NCBI RefSeq assembly: GCF_009834535.1
Contig: NC_045697.1
Span: forward strand, 118,422,001-118,486,000
Length of the DNA stretch: 64,000 nt
DNA from: Camelus ferus
Lineage: Eukaryota
Reading direction: 5' to 3'
Every line of letters begins with the position of its first letter. Positions within the stretch are counted from its first letter, which is position 1. Positions 53,701-64,000 of this stretch are shown here, one piece after another. The position numbers were made by a program, and so were the translations under genes. The notes beneath the pieces were generated by a model. The model worked only from the letters and a program-made list of their open reading frames with translations, was not told the origin of the DNA and did not search any database.

Positions 53701-56700
53701 AAGTGTAGACGGGACAAGTAACCTGCCTGAGAAAATACACGTCACAGTGTTTTTGTAGAGAATGAAATTCTCTTCTCTCAAAAACACAAATGACTAATGC
53801 TTGGAAATGGCTACAAGTTTTGTGCTAGGGAAATCAAACAGAATTATCAGTTTACATGCAAATTAGGAGCACCGTGGAGGACAAAAAGATCGCAATATTA
53901 CTAAAATTTCTGGGCTCCTAAGACAACTTTATTAGTTCTTCCACTTTGGCAAACTGTTTTATTATTTGCAAATATTACAATACCCTCCAATTATCTACTT
54001 AAAGACAGGACATTCTCCTGTTGCCCAGGGTTAAACCAATAGAAATTAAGTAAACACATTAATGATAAATTTTGAATTAATTCTATTTGGGGATATTGAT
54101 TTCTGAAATGGTAAATAATCAAGACAGTGATTTGCAGCCATGCTTCTGAGATGTATTTTGACACCACCTAATTCCAGGAAACTTTGCTAATAGGATCTAT
54201 TCGTAATGATAATTATTGTTGCCTCTGAAAGTCATCAGCTGGTTGGTTTCCACCTCGGCTTATAAGACAGATTAATATTTATCTGTTCATTCGTTGGTTT
54301 CATCTTCAACATGTTCCCTTACTTGTCCATTTTACAAATATGCAGGGAGGGCGTACTGTGTGTCAGGGCTCCAGGGTGTTCTCAAAGCTAGAGACATGTC
54401 AGCGTAAAACACAAGCCCTGCCCTGATACATTTCCCCCCCGGGTGAGGATGGACGGTGAGCATGTACAGGCGGGTCAGGCGGAGGTGGTCCTCGGCACCA
54501 AGGAGCATGATCCAGCGAGGTCTTCCTGGGAGGTGACAGCCGAGCAAAGCCCTAAACCAGGTGCCTGAGGGGGAAGCCCTAGGCTTTCTTATCGGCCTAA
54601 CTCTTCGGGGATGAGGAGAGGGAAAGGTGGCATTTGAAAGCTGTCAGCCCTGGAACGTCAAAACACGTCAGTGAATTGTTCAGACTCAACTGTATTTATA
54701 CTCTCACACTTTTTAGCTTCAAGGTCACTTTGTACTCTTAAAAAATCACTGAGTCCAACTGAGCTTTTCTTCGTGTGAGACGTAAGTGGCAGTAATTGCC
54801 ATTTTCGAAATTTAAGCTGTGAAATTCTTTTCTTGACTAATTCACTGAAAATAGCAATAATACTTGTACTGCATGGTAATGTAAGTGAAAGCTTTTTACA
54901 AACAGTAACATTTTCCAAGGCAAAATCAATGTTGGAAGAGAAGGGGTATTGGTTCAGAAGGTTGTTGACTGCTTCAGAGTCTGGCTTAATTAGTAGAAGC
55001 AAGCTGGATTCTCATTTGTGCATTTAACCTGTTGGTTTATGTTGCTTGGTTGGAGAACAGTTGCTTGTGTCAAACAGATGTGTAGCTGGAAAGGGGGGGT
55101 ATGTTTTAATAGCCTTTACGGATAACTGTGATTTTTTTCCTTGATGACACATCCAACCTTGAGTGTGCTCTCTTCAGTGTTCATTGCAGTTTGTTTCTTA
55201 CAGTTATCCCACAGGGACTGGGACCAACTATCCACTCAAAATTTGATTAGACTAGTGAGATTTATGATGCCAAAGGTGCATCAAGAGGATATGAAAATTT
55301 TATTTATTGCTCCCGTAATGACACTTTCTGGGAAGAGTAGGGCACGCTCCCAAGTAGAACCTCTGTGGGTCTGACAGAAGGGGATGATGGCTTTGCCTTC
55401 CCATGTGGTTATAAGGCAGGGCTTGGGTGAGTGGTCCCGGATGAGGACCAGAGTTCGTGTGGTTGGAATCTTCCCAGGTATCAAAGGAGAAACCCTGTAC
55501 TTTCTTATCAGCCAAACTCTTTGGGGAACGAGGAGAGGGAAGGGGAGCATTTGCAAGCTGTCCACCCTGGAACGTCAAAGCCTATCAGTGAACTGTTCAG
55601 ACGCAACTGTATTTGTATTGATTGATCTTGCACTTCGAACATGTGATGCAGAGCATCATTTACCGGAAGTTCGAAAAATTCTCCGAGCTATGGCACATTT
55701 TCCAAATATCAGTCCACTTTGTTATATAATATACACTTCATTTTAATAGCATTACTTATCCTATCATAAAAGTCCTTAAAAAGTGGGGAGCTGAGCTCAT
55801 TATAGCAGACACAAATTTTCCAAAATTCTAAATGCAGTGTAAAATCAAAGCTTGACATTTATCATTGACTACAAGTCTTATCTGTTGTTTTCCTCAATGC
55901 CACAGAGCTGTTTTGCTCATTTTTGCTGCAAATGTCTGCCAGATACCAAAGTCTGAATAACCACAGTTTGTCATTCATTCATTCTTGTGGAAAGGCTATT
56001 CCGTCTAACAAGTGGCTACTGCAGCTTCCGTGAAACAACAAGCCTAGTGAAAATCTCAAATAACGTGTTAGTATTTTATGAGAATGACGTTGACCCTGTG
56101 ACCCTCCAGAAAGGATGATGGGGCCCCTAGGGTCCTGCGACCACACTGTGAACGCTGCTTCCCTAAAGGGGGCCTCAGCACTCCACGAGGAAAGAACATT
56201 TCAGAAGGAGGGAAAACCAAACACAGAAGGAGGTCATAGGCCAACAGCACGCCCCGTGCATGGCTAGAGGAACACTGAAGCTGCCATTCTGCCTTCTTCA
56301 TTGAGGATGAGGTTGGTGTGTCAGGAGGCAGAGGAAGTGATGGCCAAGACTGCCTGGGTGTGAGTCACTGGGAAGAGGTGGTGGCCGATGGAAACCCCAT
56401 AAGGGCCATGGAGGGGTTTCACTGGCAAATAATGGGAAGTCTCTGGGGAGTTCTGAGCAGGTGAGTAAGGTGATTTGCAAGTTGTATGAGTATTATTTTG
56501 CTTTTTGTGTGAAGAACAAAGGGTGTGTATCCGTGGGGTGGATTACCTTAAAGTCAGAAGCAGGAAGACCAGCTGGAAAGCTACTGCGGAATCCAGTGAG
56601 AGGTGATGGAAGCTTAGGCAAAGGTGGTAGCGGTGGGTGGGGTGAGAGGAGCTTGGATTCTAGTTTATTTTGAAGGTAAAGCAAATATTTACTGATGGAT

Positions 56701-59201
56701 GGGTTGGCTGTGCAGTGTTATTGTATTATAAGTCGGGAAATGTCAAGAGTTTGACTTGGAATATGTTCGATTTGAAATACCTATTGAACATCCAAGTAGC
56801 ACTAACCAGAGGCAATTCAGTATATCAGTGAAGTTCAAGGTGGAACTCTGGGCTCCTGTGAGGGTGCATGAGATGGCACAGAGAGTTATCATTTTAAAAC
56901 AGTGGTTAGCTCTTCTGGTCACAGTAAGAAAGCAGACTCTGCCCTAAATAATATATTAATGATTTGAGATAAATGACTACCATTTATTGAACACCCAATA
57001 TTTGCCAGGCACTATGCCAGTTCTTTTCATATATTATTTAATTTCGTCTTGGAGAGCTCTAAAATCCTGACTACAGATAAGACAGCTGATACCCAGGAGA
57101 TCCCCCTGGTTTCTGCAGGAGTCACAGAAGTAACACGGGACAGGACCAAGATTTGAATTAAAATGAGACACACACTCAGATGCTTGTAAATATTCTAATA
57201 TACTCAGGAGATATTTACATTTAATGTCTTTTTCCAGTTTCTCAGGAATGAGGCATAGAAAAATGATTGGATCAGAGGAAAAATTCTTTTCCCTAAATAC
57301 CAACATAACACGAACGCCTTCCAAACGAAGCTCTTGTGATTAGTACTGAATACAAGGATGTTTCTCAAATCTGATGTTAAACAGCATCTGAACCAAAAAT
57401 AAATGCTACTTTTGCCAAAGAGGAATTGAAAGGAGTGCTGACAATCTTGAGCTAGACTAACTCTGTTTTTACCCCCAGGGAGAATCTTGTGAACATTGAA
57501 ATAAACTATGGTGACTTAAACTATAAGATTACCCAACAGCAGAAAGCAGTCAGTGTGTCTGAGCTACTTGGTAAGTCGTTCCTCAATTTAAAAAATATTC
57601 TATCAGATTTTTTATTTTCATCTTTAAGGTTTAGCTTATCAGTGGAGGAAAAGAATCAATAGAGATTGTCATCCACCTGCCATTTAAATCTGACACTTTT
57701 CCACTCCCTGGGCACCCTCCAGCAAACTTGCAGAAGCGCTCACAGAGAACAGGCTGTGTCTGTCACACTCACACTCAGCATTCCGCCTCCCCTCCGACAC
57801 CGCCCCGGCAAGGGACTATTGTCGCGTGTTGCACTTTCTGGGTCGAAGTTCTGGCGTAGGTTTCTCAGACTCCACCCAGAGCTCCACCCAGATGGGTTGA
57901 AAGAGACCAGGCAAGCAAAATCTGGCACTGCCGATGCGACCACTGCCTGCTAGCGCTCCTCCGTCACTCGGTCCTTAGCAAACGTCACCGCCGATTTCCC
58001 AGTTCTGACTGCATCTTAGAGCAGGGCATGTCAGGGACAGGAGCAGGTACCAGAGTCAGGCAACCGCCATCATACGCTGGCAGCTGAGCCCTTGATCAGG
58101 GAGGAAACACACATATTCCTCAAAGTTCTTGCAGAAGCCTGAACTCCGTCGCCATGAGTTACAAAAATAGCATCGTCCTAAGAATGGCCTTGGATGGGGA
58201 GAAAAGGATTAATAACATTATCTATTTACAGAGGGAGTGATTCAGGAGTCAAATTGATAGAGACAAAAAGTAGGATAGAGGTTGCAAGGGGAGGGGGCAG
58301 TAAAGGGTTAGTGTTTGATGGGGACAGAGTTTCAGTTTGGGAAGATGAGAAAGTTCTGGGCACGGGAGGTGGTGGTGACGGTTGCACAACAACGTAATGT
58401 ACGTAATGCCGCAGAACGGCACGCTTAAAATTGGTGAAAATGGGAAATGTTATGTTATGTACATTTTACCACAAAAAGGCGCAAACAATAAAGGCATGTA
58501 GATTTTTAAAACTTCTTTAAAAAAAAAAGGCAGTGCTATATTTTAGTTTAATGAAATACTGCAAATGCTTAAAAAAGATATGGTTTGGACACCTGAAGCC
58601 ACAAATTGCTTGGAAATTCGTTTGTGGAAAACATAATTACCTAATAATGCCATCCTGTTGTACAATTTCTGATCTACATGCAACACTTAGAAATGAATTT
58701 ATAGGATGTTTTATGATTTTGCCTAGATTTAATATCCCCCAAAGTCTTTGAGGTACATTTTTGAAAATAAATGTTACGTTTTTTGCCTCTCTTTTTTTGA
58801 GATAATTTATGTGAATATTATTTTAAGATATTTAAGGTATTAATTGCTGTCACACCGTTATACCAAACTTAAAATAATACCATTAACTCATATTCGTATA
58901 ATACCCATTGTTATTAACTTATTAGCTTACAGTTTAAAATCTAATAACATTTAATTTCCTTTTTAGGAAAAAACACGATTTATTCACTTTCTGTATTGGC
59001 TTTATTACAGCAGATGTCGGTGGCCAGCTGGGGCTATTTTGTGGGGCCAGTGTGATTACGATCATAGAAATTACCGAGTATATATTCACCAATGTCTACT
59101 GGCTTTGCATTTTGTTCCTCCTGAAGATACTGGACATGACCCAGGGGACTTCTCCACCTCAGAATTGTCTGGGAAATAAAAATGGCATAGAGGAATGCTG
59201 A
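35402..59201 (+). CDS. ASIC5: Acid-sensing ion channel family member 5 (bile acid-sensitive ion channel, BASIC/BLINaC/INaC), complete, 505 aa. Join: 35402-35441, 37675-37981, 43136-43373, 43998-44123, 46560-46709, 47629-47776, 49432-49488, 51100-51268, 57479-57570, 59011-59201
   Basis: Spliced ORF of 1518 nt (40+307+238+126+150+148+57+169+92+191) with DEG/ENaC hallmarks: STSFHG pre-TM1 motif, TM1, [10 protein letters not shown], Cys-rich thumb, [23 protein letters not shown]2/selectivity filter. Ends NKNGIEEC*. All introns GT-AG. Confidence 0.98.
36365..36672 (+). mobile_element. L1 3' end (artiodactyl-type), ASIC5 intron 1
   Basis: tttacaaaccagaaccagactcacag...atagataaacaacaagg...cacttcaataaaaaa. 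Confidence 0.85.
37170..37340 (-). mobile_element. MIR SINE
   Basis: tcatttaatattcacaacaaactcgtgagg...gacagaagagaaacggag... Confidence 0.55.
37675..37981 (+). CDS. ASIC5: ASIC5 exon 2 (LLQKIRL...STSFHGVHN...TM1...[12 protein letters not shown])
   Basis: ORF 37680..37985; cag acceptor, AG|gtaaaa donor; 307 nt. Confidence 0.97.
39100..39248 (+). mobile_element. Old L1 3' terminus
   Basis: gtgatggaaatg...tatcttgattgtggtagtggtttca...aataaaggtgttaaaaaa. Confidence 0.7.
39410..40335 (+). mobile_element. L1M ORF2 C-terminus and 3' UTR fragment
   Basis: gacttgaatagacac...aaatgcaaatcaacaccacaattagatatcacctcacacc...ttggtgggaatgcaaaatggtgca. Confidence 0.85.
41433..42260 (+). mobile_element. Young L1, 5'-truncated with 5' inversion (41433-41490 inverted) and an internal deletion near 41740
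   Basis: Inverted piece reads tgtaaatcaatgaagttagaacac...aaaaataaactcaaaa on minus; forward piece starts taaactcaaaatgg at 41491; poly(A) at ~42235-42260. Confidence 0.85.
43136..43373 (+). CDS. ASIC5: ASIC5 exon 3 ([21 protein letters not shown]...[13 protein letters not shown])
   Basis: tag acceptor, GAG|gtaagg donor; 238 nt, open frame. Confidence 0.96.
43998..44123 (+). CDS. ASIC5: ASIC5 exon 4 ([42 protein letters not shown])
   Basis: Overlaps ORF 44004..44390; gag acceptor, CAG|gtattg donor; 126 nt. Confidence 0.95.
45415..46060 (+). mobile_element. L1 3' fragment, ASIC5 intron 4
   Basis: gtaaattggtgtagccactgtgg...gatccagcaatcccactcctgggcata...L1 tail. Confidence 0.88.
46560..46709 (+). 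CDS. ASIC5: ASIC5 exon 5 ([50 protein letters not shown])
   Basis: In ORF 46515..46847; cag acceptor, AAG|gtgagc donor; 150 nt. Confidence 0.96.
47629..47776 (+). CDS. ASIC5: ASIC5 exon 6 ([49 protein letters not shown])
   Basis: aag acceptor, G|gtaaat donor; 148 nt. Confidence 0.96.
48695..48829 (+). mobile_element. tRNA-derived SINE (camelid vic-1-like) with 9-bp TSD
   Basis: A/B boxes; flanked by aagatgcag at 48686-48694 and 48830-48838. Confidence 0.9.
49432..49488 (+). CDS. ASIC5: ASIC5 exon 7 ([19 protein letters not shown])
   Basis: aag acceptor, G|gtaagt donor; 57 nt. Confidence 0.95.
50471..50794. repeat. Compound (TG/TA/CA) alternating purine-pyrimidine microsatellite, ~320 bp
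   Basis: Read directly; source of the low-complexity VC/HT ORFs at 50392-50891. Confidence 0.95.
51100..51268 (+). CDS. ASIC5: ASIC5 exon 8 ([57 protein letters not shown])
   Basis: cag acceptor, AG|gtaacc donor; 169 nt. Confidence 0.96.
52299..52799 (-). mobile_element. Solo LTR, ERV1 class, 501 bp, ASIC5 intron 8
   Basis: TG...CA termini with 4-bp TSD GTAT (52295-52298 and 52800-52803); minus-strand AATAAA at ~52383-52388. Confidence 0.85.
54557..55614. repeat. Dispersed direct repeat, two ~141-bp copies (54557-54697 and 55474-55614)
   Basis: Manual alignment; offset 917 nt; roughly 80-85% identity by eye. Confidence 0.85.
56270..56900 (-). mobile_element. Degraded L2 fragments
   Basis: aatgggaagtctctggggagttctgagcag...ccagtgagaggtgatggaagctt...gagtttgacttggaatatgttcgatttgaaatacctattgaacatccaagt. 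Confidence 0.6.
57479..57570 (+). CDS. ASIC5: ASIC5 exon 9 ([30 protein letters not shown])
   Basis: cag acceptor, G|gtaagt donor; 92 nt. Confidence 0.96.
58240..58478 (+). mobile_element. L1MB-like 3' UTR end
   Basis: acagagtttcagtttgggaagatgagaaagttctgg...ggttgcacaacaacgtaatgtac...cattttaccacaa. Confidence 0.8.
59011..59201 (+). CDS. ASIC5: ASIC5 exon 10, coding part ([63 protein letters not shown])
   Basis: tacag acceptor; TM2 with GAS filter; TGA at 59199-59201. Confidence 0.96.
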
Positions 59202-59306
59202 GGTCCACTAGGGACAAAGGCTTCTGATTTTCTCTGCACAATACCCACAGATTTACTCATGACTAACTCACTGTTAAGTAACTTTACATTGTAGCTTTGG
59301 GGACTC

Positions 59307-59362
59307 AATAAAATCCATTGTGGATATATATCTCTTCATAGGTATCTTGTCTGTGTCTGTAC
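59307..59362 (+). terminator. ASIC5 polyadenylation signal
   Basis: AATAAA at 59307-59312, about 105 nt after the stop, followed by a GT-rich downstream element (tcttgtctgtgtctgt, ~59345-59360). Confidence 0.7.
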
Positions 59363-61540
59363 CAAGTGTATATATATATATATTAATTTATATATAAAAA
59401 AGAAAAAAGCACCATCTTGTGTTTTTTTTTTCACCATGGAATTCCCAGCCCCTAAGACAGTAGAGGCTCACACAGAAGGCATTTCAGAACTATTCTTTAA
59501 TAAATGAATATTTGCATAATAGTAAAAGATATTCTTTATGACTAACTGTATAAATTAGACCTGATCAATGAACTGTATTTGAGGAGACAAGATACTGTTC
59601 TATGCAGGAAATAATACATAGAATTTGTGCTTTAGAAAATTTCTGAGAATTTTTATTTCCAGGAAAATTCAACGTGACTTATTTTCTTTTGTCTAGAGAG
59701 TTCTAGAAGGGAAGGGTAGGATCTGTATCCATTTCCTAGACAGGTGGATACTTAAAATAAATCAATGTGAAAGCAAAGATAAATCTGTGCTATACTGAGA
59801 GTACACAGCGTTTATCATTTTTCCTCTTATTTAATCCAGAGAGGAAATTCCAGACTTGAAATGTTCTCATTGCCCCTCATGCAATCAGCCTACTTTCAGT
59901 CTCTGAGAATACTCAATCAAGGATGAATTGTCCAGAAATTCTGTCAAACACATTGAAGAAATAACCATCAAGTCACAGAATTCTAACCCCAAATTCATTC
60001 TGTCTAGCATCACTGGGTCTCATTCCCTTCTCGGCCACATGAGACTAACTTCTGAAAATCTAAAGATGTTGTTTTCAAGCTTAATTATGCACAAGTGCTA
60101 GTGACACTTCCAGGAAAGAAAACGAAACACAAAACAAGGTAAAATTGAGACAAATGTGAAACAGACAAAATGGATGTCTTTTCACCAAAAGTTCTCTTGG
60201 GAACTTGGAAAGATAGCGTGTTCCCTCACGAGGCTACTTCTTTTGATTCTTTATTACTAAATGCACCGTCTAAATACCACAGATGGTGACAGACAGACCA
60301 GGGAAGAGTTGGACTTGGCTGAAAAGACCATCAACTGCCTGTGAATCTTTGTCCTCGTTTCTTTGCATAAACGATCAAAGGGCGGAAAATTGGATGGTAA
60401 ACACAAGGCAATGGAGAAGATGCTCAGGATGAGCATTAATCTTCACTTCGTTGCCATATTCAGCATCCAATTCTCCAGAATGTTAAAGGTAGGCATGCTA
60501 CTTCATTTGGGATCGACCAAGGTAGGAAGACAGCGAGTTTCTGTCACCTGCAGAAAAATGGAATCATCCTTCTGAGGGATTTGAATCTTGAGGGTCCAAG
60601 CAGCCCTAGGCTTGTGACATGAAAGCCAGCAGTGGGTCACTCTGAAGTGACACGACACTGAGGCAAGTCACGGCAGGTGCCAATAAAGGTTTGGGTCTCT
60701 GGTATAAATCTCCTGTTGCGGAGGGATGGGGCCATATGAGAACCAGGAGCTGCGGAAGGCCATGTCGGACAACCAGACGGACAACTGGGGGGCTACAGCC
60801 CGGCTGCAGGGGAGCCATTAGGGTTAGCAAGGAGCTGCAGATGGGAGAGAAAGCAGGGAAGGCCTGTTGTCGTGACCCCACGTGCACCTGAGCCCGTAAG
60901 TGCAGTGCATTTATGGCTTTGGCTGATAGCCATCATTGGCTGATAGCTTTCTAGGGCAGTTTCACCTTTCACTCAATTGTAATTTGTCCTGCTAAATGAG
61001 AACCTCTAGGATTGCCCACTTTCCACCCACGCTGAATATTTTAACTTTAATTAAAGCACAAATCATTTTGGATAGATCATCAAGTGGACGTATGCAGATT
61101 AGAGTGTCTGGCAGAAACCTAACATTGCACCTCGGCACAAAGCACTGGACACTGAGGACTGGGAGTCACTGGGGGCAGCAACTACATCTAATCCTTTAAG
61201 GAATTAATTATTTGTTACCGAGCTTCTATGAAGACAGATCCTGTCGCTAAGACATCAAATAATTCAAACTCCCCAAAATAACTGCAGTACCAGAGAGACT
61301 TTCCAGCAAAGACAGAGCAACTCAGTAGAAATCCTGAGAAAACTGAGAAAATGGAAGTGGTTCTTATGGGAGCATACTTGATGGCAGCTCTGGAGGAGGA
61401 GAAGGGAGGAAGAAAATTAAATCCAAAAACAGGTGGTAGCTGTTCATTTAAAACCAATGACAAAATCGCTGATCAGTCTAAATGCCATGGCTCTCTCTGC
61501 TGTAGAAAAGCAAATTGCTGATACACTGAAAGGTGTAAGT

Positions 61541-62210
61541 CATATCCTGTGACCCAGCAAGCCCACTCCTGGGCATATATCCAGAGGGGACTCTAATTCA
61601 AAAAGACACATGCACCCCAATGTTCACAGCAGCACTATTTACAATAGCCAAGACATGGAAGCAACCTAACTGTCCATCAACAGATGACTGGATAAAGAAG
61701 TTGTGGTATATTTATACAATGGAATACTACTCAGCCATAAAAAAGAATAAAACAATGCCATTTGCAGCAATGTGGATGAACCTGAAGATCATCATACTAA
61801 GTGAAGTCAGTCATAAAGAGAAAGAAAAATGCCATATGATATCACTTATATGTGGAATCTAAAAAAAAAAAAAGACACAAATGAACTTATTTACAAAACA
61901 GAAACAGACTCACAGACACAGAAAACAGACTTATGGTTATGGGGGTAGGAGGTGGGAAGGGATAAATTGGGAATTTGAGGTGTGCAGATACCATCTAATA
62001 CATATAAAACAGATAAACAACAAGGTCCTATTGTGTAGCACAGGGAACTATATTCAATATCTTGTAGTAGCTTGTAATGAAAAATAATATAAAAACGAGT
62101 GTATGTATGTATATGTATGACTGAAACATGATGCTGTACACCAGAAACTGACACAACATTGAAACTATGTACTTCAATAAACAGAGAAAAAAGAAAGAAA
62201 AAGAAATTAA
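61541..62210 (+). mobile_element. Young L1 3' fragment (ORF2 C-terminus plus 3' UTR)
   Basis: ORF 61620..61862 [43 protein letters not shown] is the L1 ORF2 C-terminus; A-rich tail. Confidence 0.92.
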
Positions 62211-63030
62211 AGATGAGTCAGTTTGGAAACCAGCCACCCTTCACCCTGCAAATGATAACACTTTGGTTGCACAGGTAAGAGTGAGTTCACACAATGGCCA
62301 TTCTAGAGGGCATGTCTGGGAACACTGATGCTTGGAAATCCACCTCCAGAATAATGTTTGGAAATTTATGGACTAATGGGATTCGCCAAAGGCCTTGCTC
62401 TATGGCCAATCAAATGGGCTGCCAATAACTGGACAGTCACAATATCTCTCTATGGGGAATGCAATTTTAGAAATCTCTGTAGGAATTCTGACAAAGAATG
62501 AATAAGGACTCAGTCTTGGTTTCATACCCTCTCCTCCAGCCTCAGGGACACATTACTTTGAAAACTCAAGAAGTATATGGGAGTATCCTTAGCGCAGACC
62601 CAAGGTAACTGAGAATTATGGCAAGTACTGTGAATCATAGCAAGCACCTGCACCTCCATTTGGGATGGTTTTTTGAGCAATGAGAAACAGTGTATAAGGC
62701 AGAGCTGCACCAGAAGTAGGGCCAGGAACTCACTCACCTGAGACCCTCCATGACCCGTGAAGTGTAAATGTGGGCAAAACCACAGAACTGTCCTGTGTGA
62801 CTGCACATCCTGAGTGCAGAGAGACTGGGGCACGTGAGAAACTATTCCTGGCAGTCACGAGATGTCTTCAATGCCGTTAGCATGAACACTGTTAAAATTA
62901 AATACAAGATGGAAACTAAACTGGAGAATTCACTGAACAGACAAAACCATTTAAACTAGGTAACCAAAACTCAGCTGGTTTATTTCATGAACAAAAGTGA
63001 AACTTTCCTTATTTCTTGTAAAGCTCCCAG

Positions 63031-63163
63031 TTCTTTTTTTTTAGGCGGGGGTGGGGCAGGTCATCAGGTTTATTTGTTTAACCTTTTTTTAATGGAGGCA
63101 CATGAACCCATGACCTTGTGCATGCTAAGCACACACTCTACCACGGAGCTGTACCCTCCCCCC
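63031..63163 (-). mobile_element. tRNA-derived SINE (camelid vic-1-like)
   Basis: Reverse complement ggggggagggtacagctccgtggtagagtgtgtgcttagcatgcacaagg... similar to the other two copies. Confidence 0.85.
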
Positions 63164-64000
63164 AGGCTCCTTGTTCTTGACCTGTCCTTCTCTGTACACT
63201 GAATACTCACTAAATACTATTTACTTGTGTTGGTGGTTTTAATTTTGCTATTTCTGGATTTCTGACAATGCTGTTGCTGCCAAGTAAGTGTTCCACCTCT
63301 AACCACAGAATCCTGGCATTTCTCCTCGGATATTTGCTCTCCTTTCTCACTTTCTGTCATTTGTCCCCAAACCCTGCCTTCATTCCTGAAACTGGACAAG
63401 CGTCTCCTGGAACTCATCTCTCAACAACTTACAGCACAATGATGTTTCTTACCTATTTCTTATATTGTGACATTCTCTTATCCCAAATGATTTCAGAGTT
63501 TCTATTTTCCCCTCGCCTTCTGTAAGCTATCCACTCATCTTACAAATTCAGCATCAATTTTAAACTTCCTTCCCTCGGCTAATCTGGGCAGTTCTTTCTC
63601 TGACCCACAGCTTTGCCATGAGGATTTGTTCCTCAGTAACGCCCCACCGCCTTCTCCTCTTTAACAGCAATATCCTTCCTTTTCAGGGAGATTCTGAAAC
63701 CTTTCCCATTCTTCAAGGTTATGCCTTCTTTGTTTAGTTTTCTCCCAGATTTTTCAATCTCTACTTAGTTCCTTTTTGTCTAAACACAGTAAAACGTTTA
63801 TTCAGCACACATTTTTAATTACTTAAACATTACAATAAATCAGTAGCGAAAGAAGATAATTAAACACTTTACACAGAAGTTAACATAGAAAATGAGGTAC
63901 ATGCAATTGACACTTTTCTTTTTGTCTGATTATTAAGTATAATGAAAAATTGAAATTTAAGAAAATAAGAAAATAGTCATATGTCTACCATTCATATTTA

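Noticed and set aside
55142..55375. Box C/D snoRNA in ASIC5 intron 8
   Set aside because: TGATGA is present, but the nearest CTGA is more than 200 nt away and there is no terminal stem.
57504..57512. Loss of an N-glycosylation sequon (NYG vs recalled NYS) in ASIC5 exon 9
   Set aside because: It relies on recalled orthologue sequence, and there is no evidence the site is glycosylated.

Overview
Mammalian genomic DNA, not prokaryotic. It is probably camelid (alpaca/camel), judged from the tRNA-derived vic-1-like SINEs and the L1 3' ends. The window holds two divergently transcribed multi-exon genes. (1) TDO2 (tryptophan 2,3-dioxygenase), minus strand: ATG at 14002, coding exons 1-11 down to 833, all GT-AG, 1067 coding nt in frame. 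The last exon lies left of the window. (2) ASIC5 (bile acid-sensitive ion channel BASIC, DEG/ENaC family), plus strand: complete, 10 coding exons from 35402 to 59201, 1518 nt = 505 aa plus TGA, with AATAAA at 59307. The 21.4-kb intergenic region and the introns carry typical mammalian repeats: L1 3' fragments, L2, MIR, MaLR/ERVL/ERV1 LTRs, an ERV1-type LTR plus internal segment, a MER33-like DNA element, SINEs and microsatellites. Almost all ORFs in the supplied track are spurious or repeat-derived. I found no evidence for a wholly new biological system. The best leads are splice and regulatory oddities: a CAGCAG acceptor that could delete the ASIC5 degenerin residue, a SINE-derived competing donor next to TDO2 exon 6, an LTR pointing at TDO2, and a duplicated GATA/CRE-bearing module in ASIC5 intron 8. 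Repeat family names and orthologue comparisons come from memory and were not database-checked.
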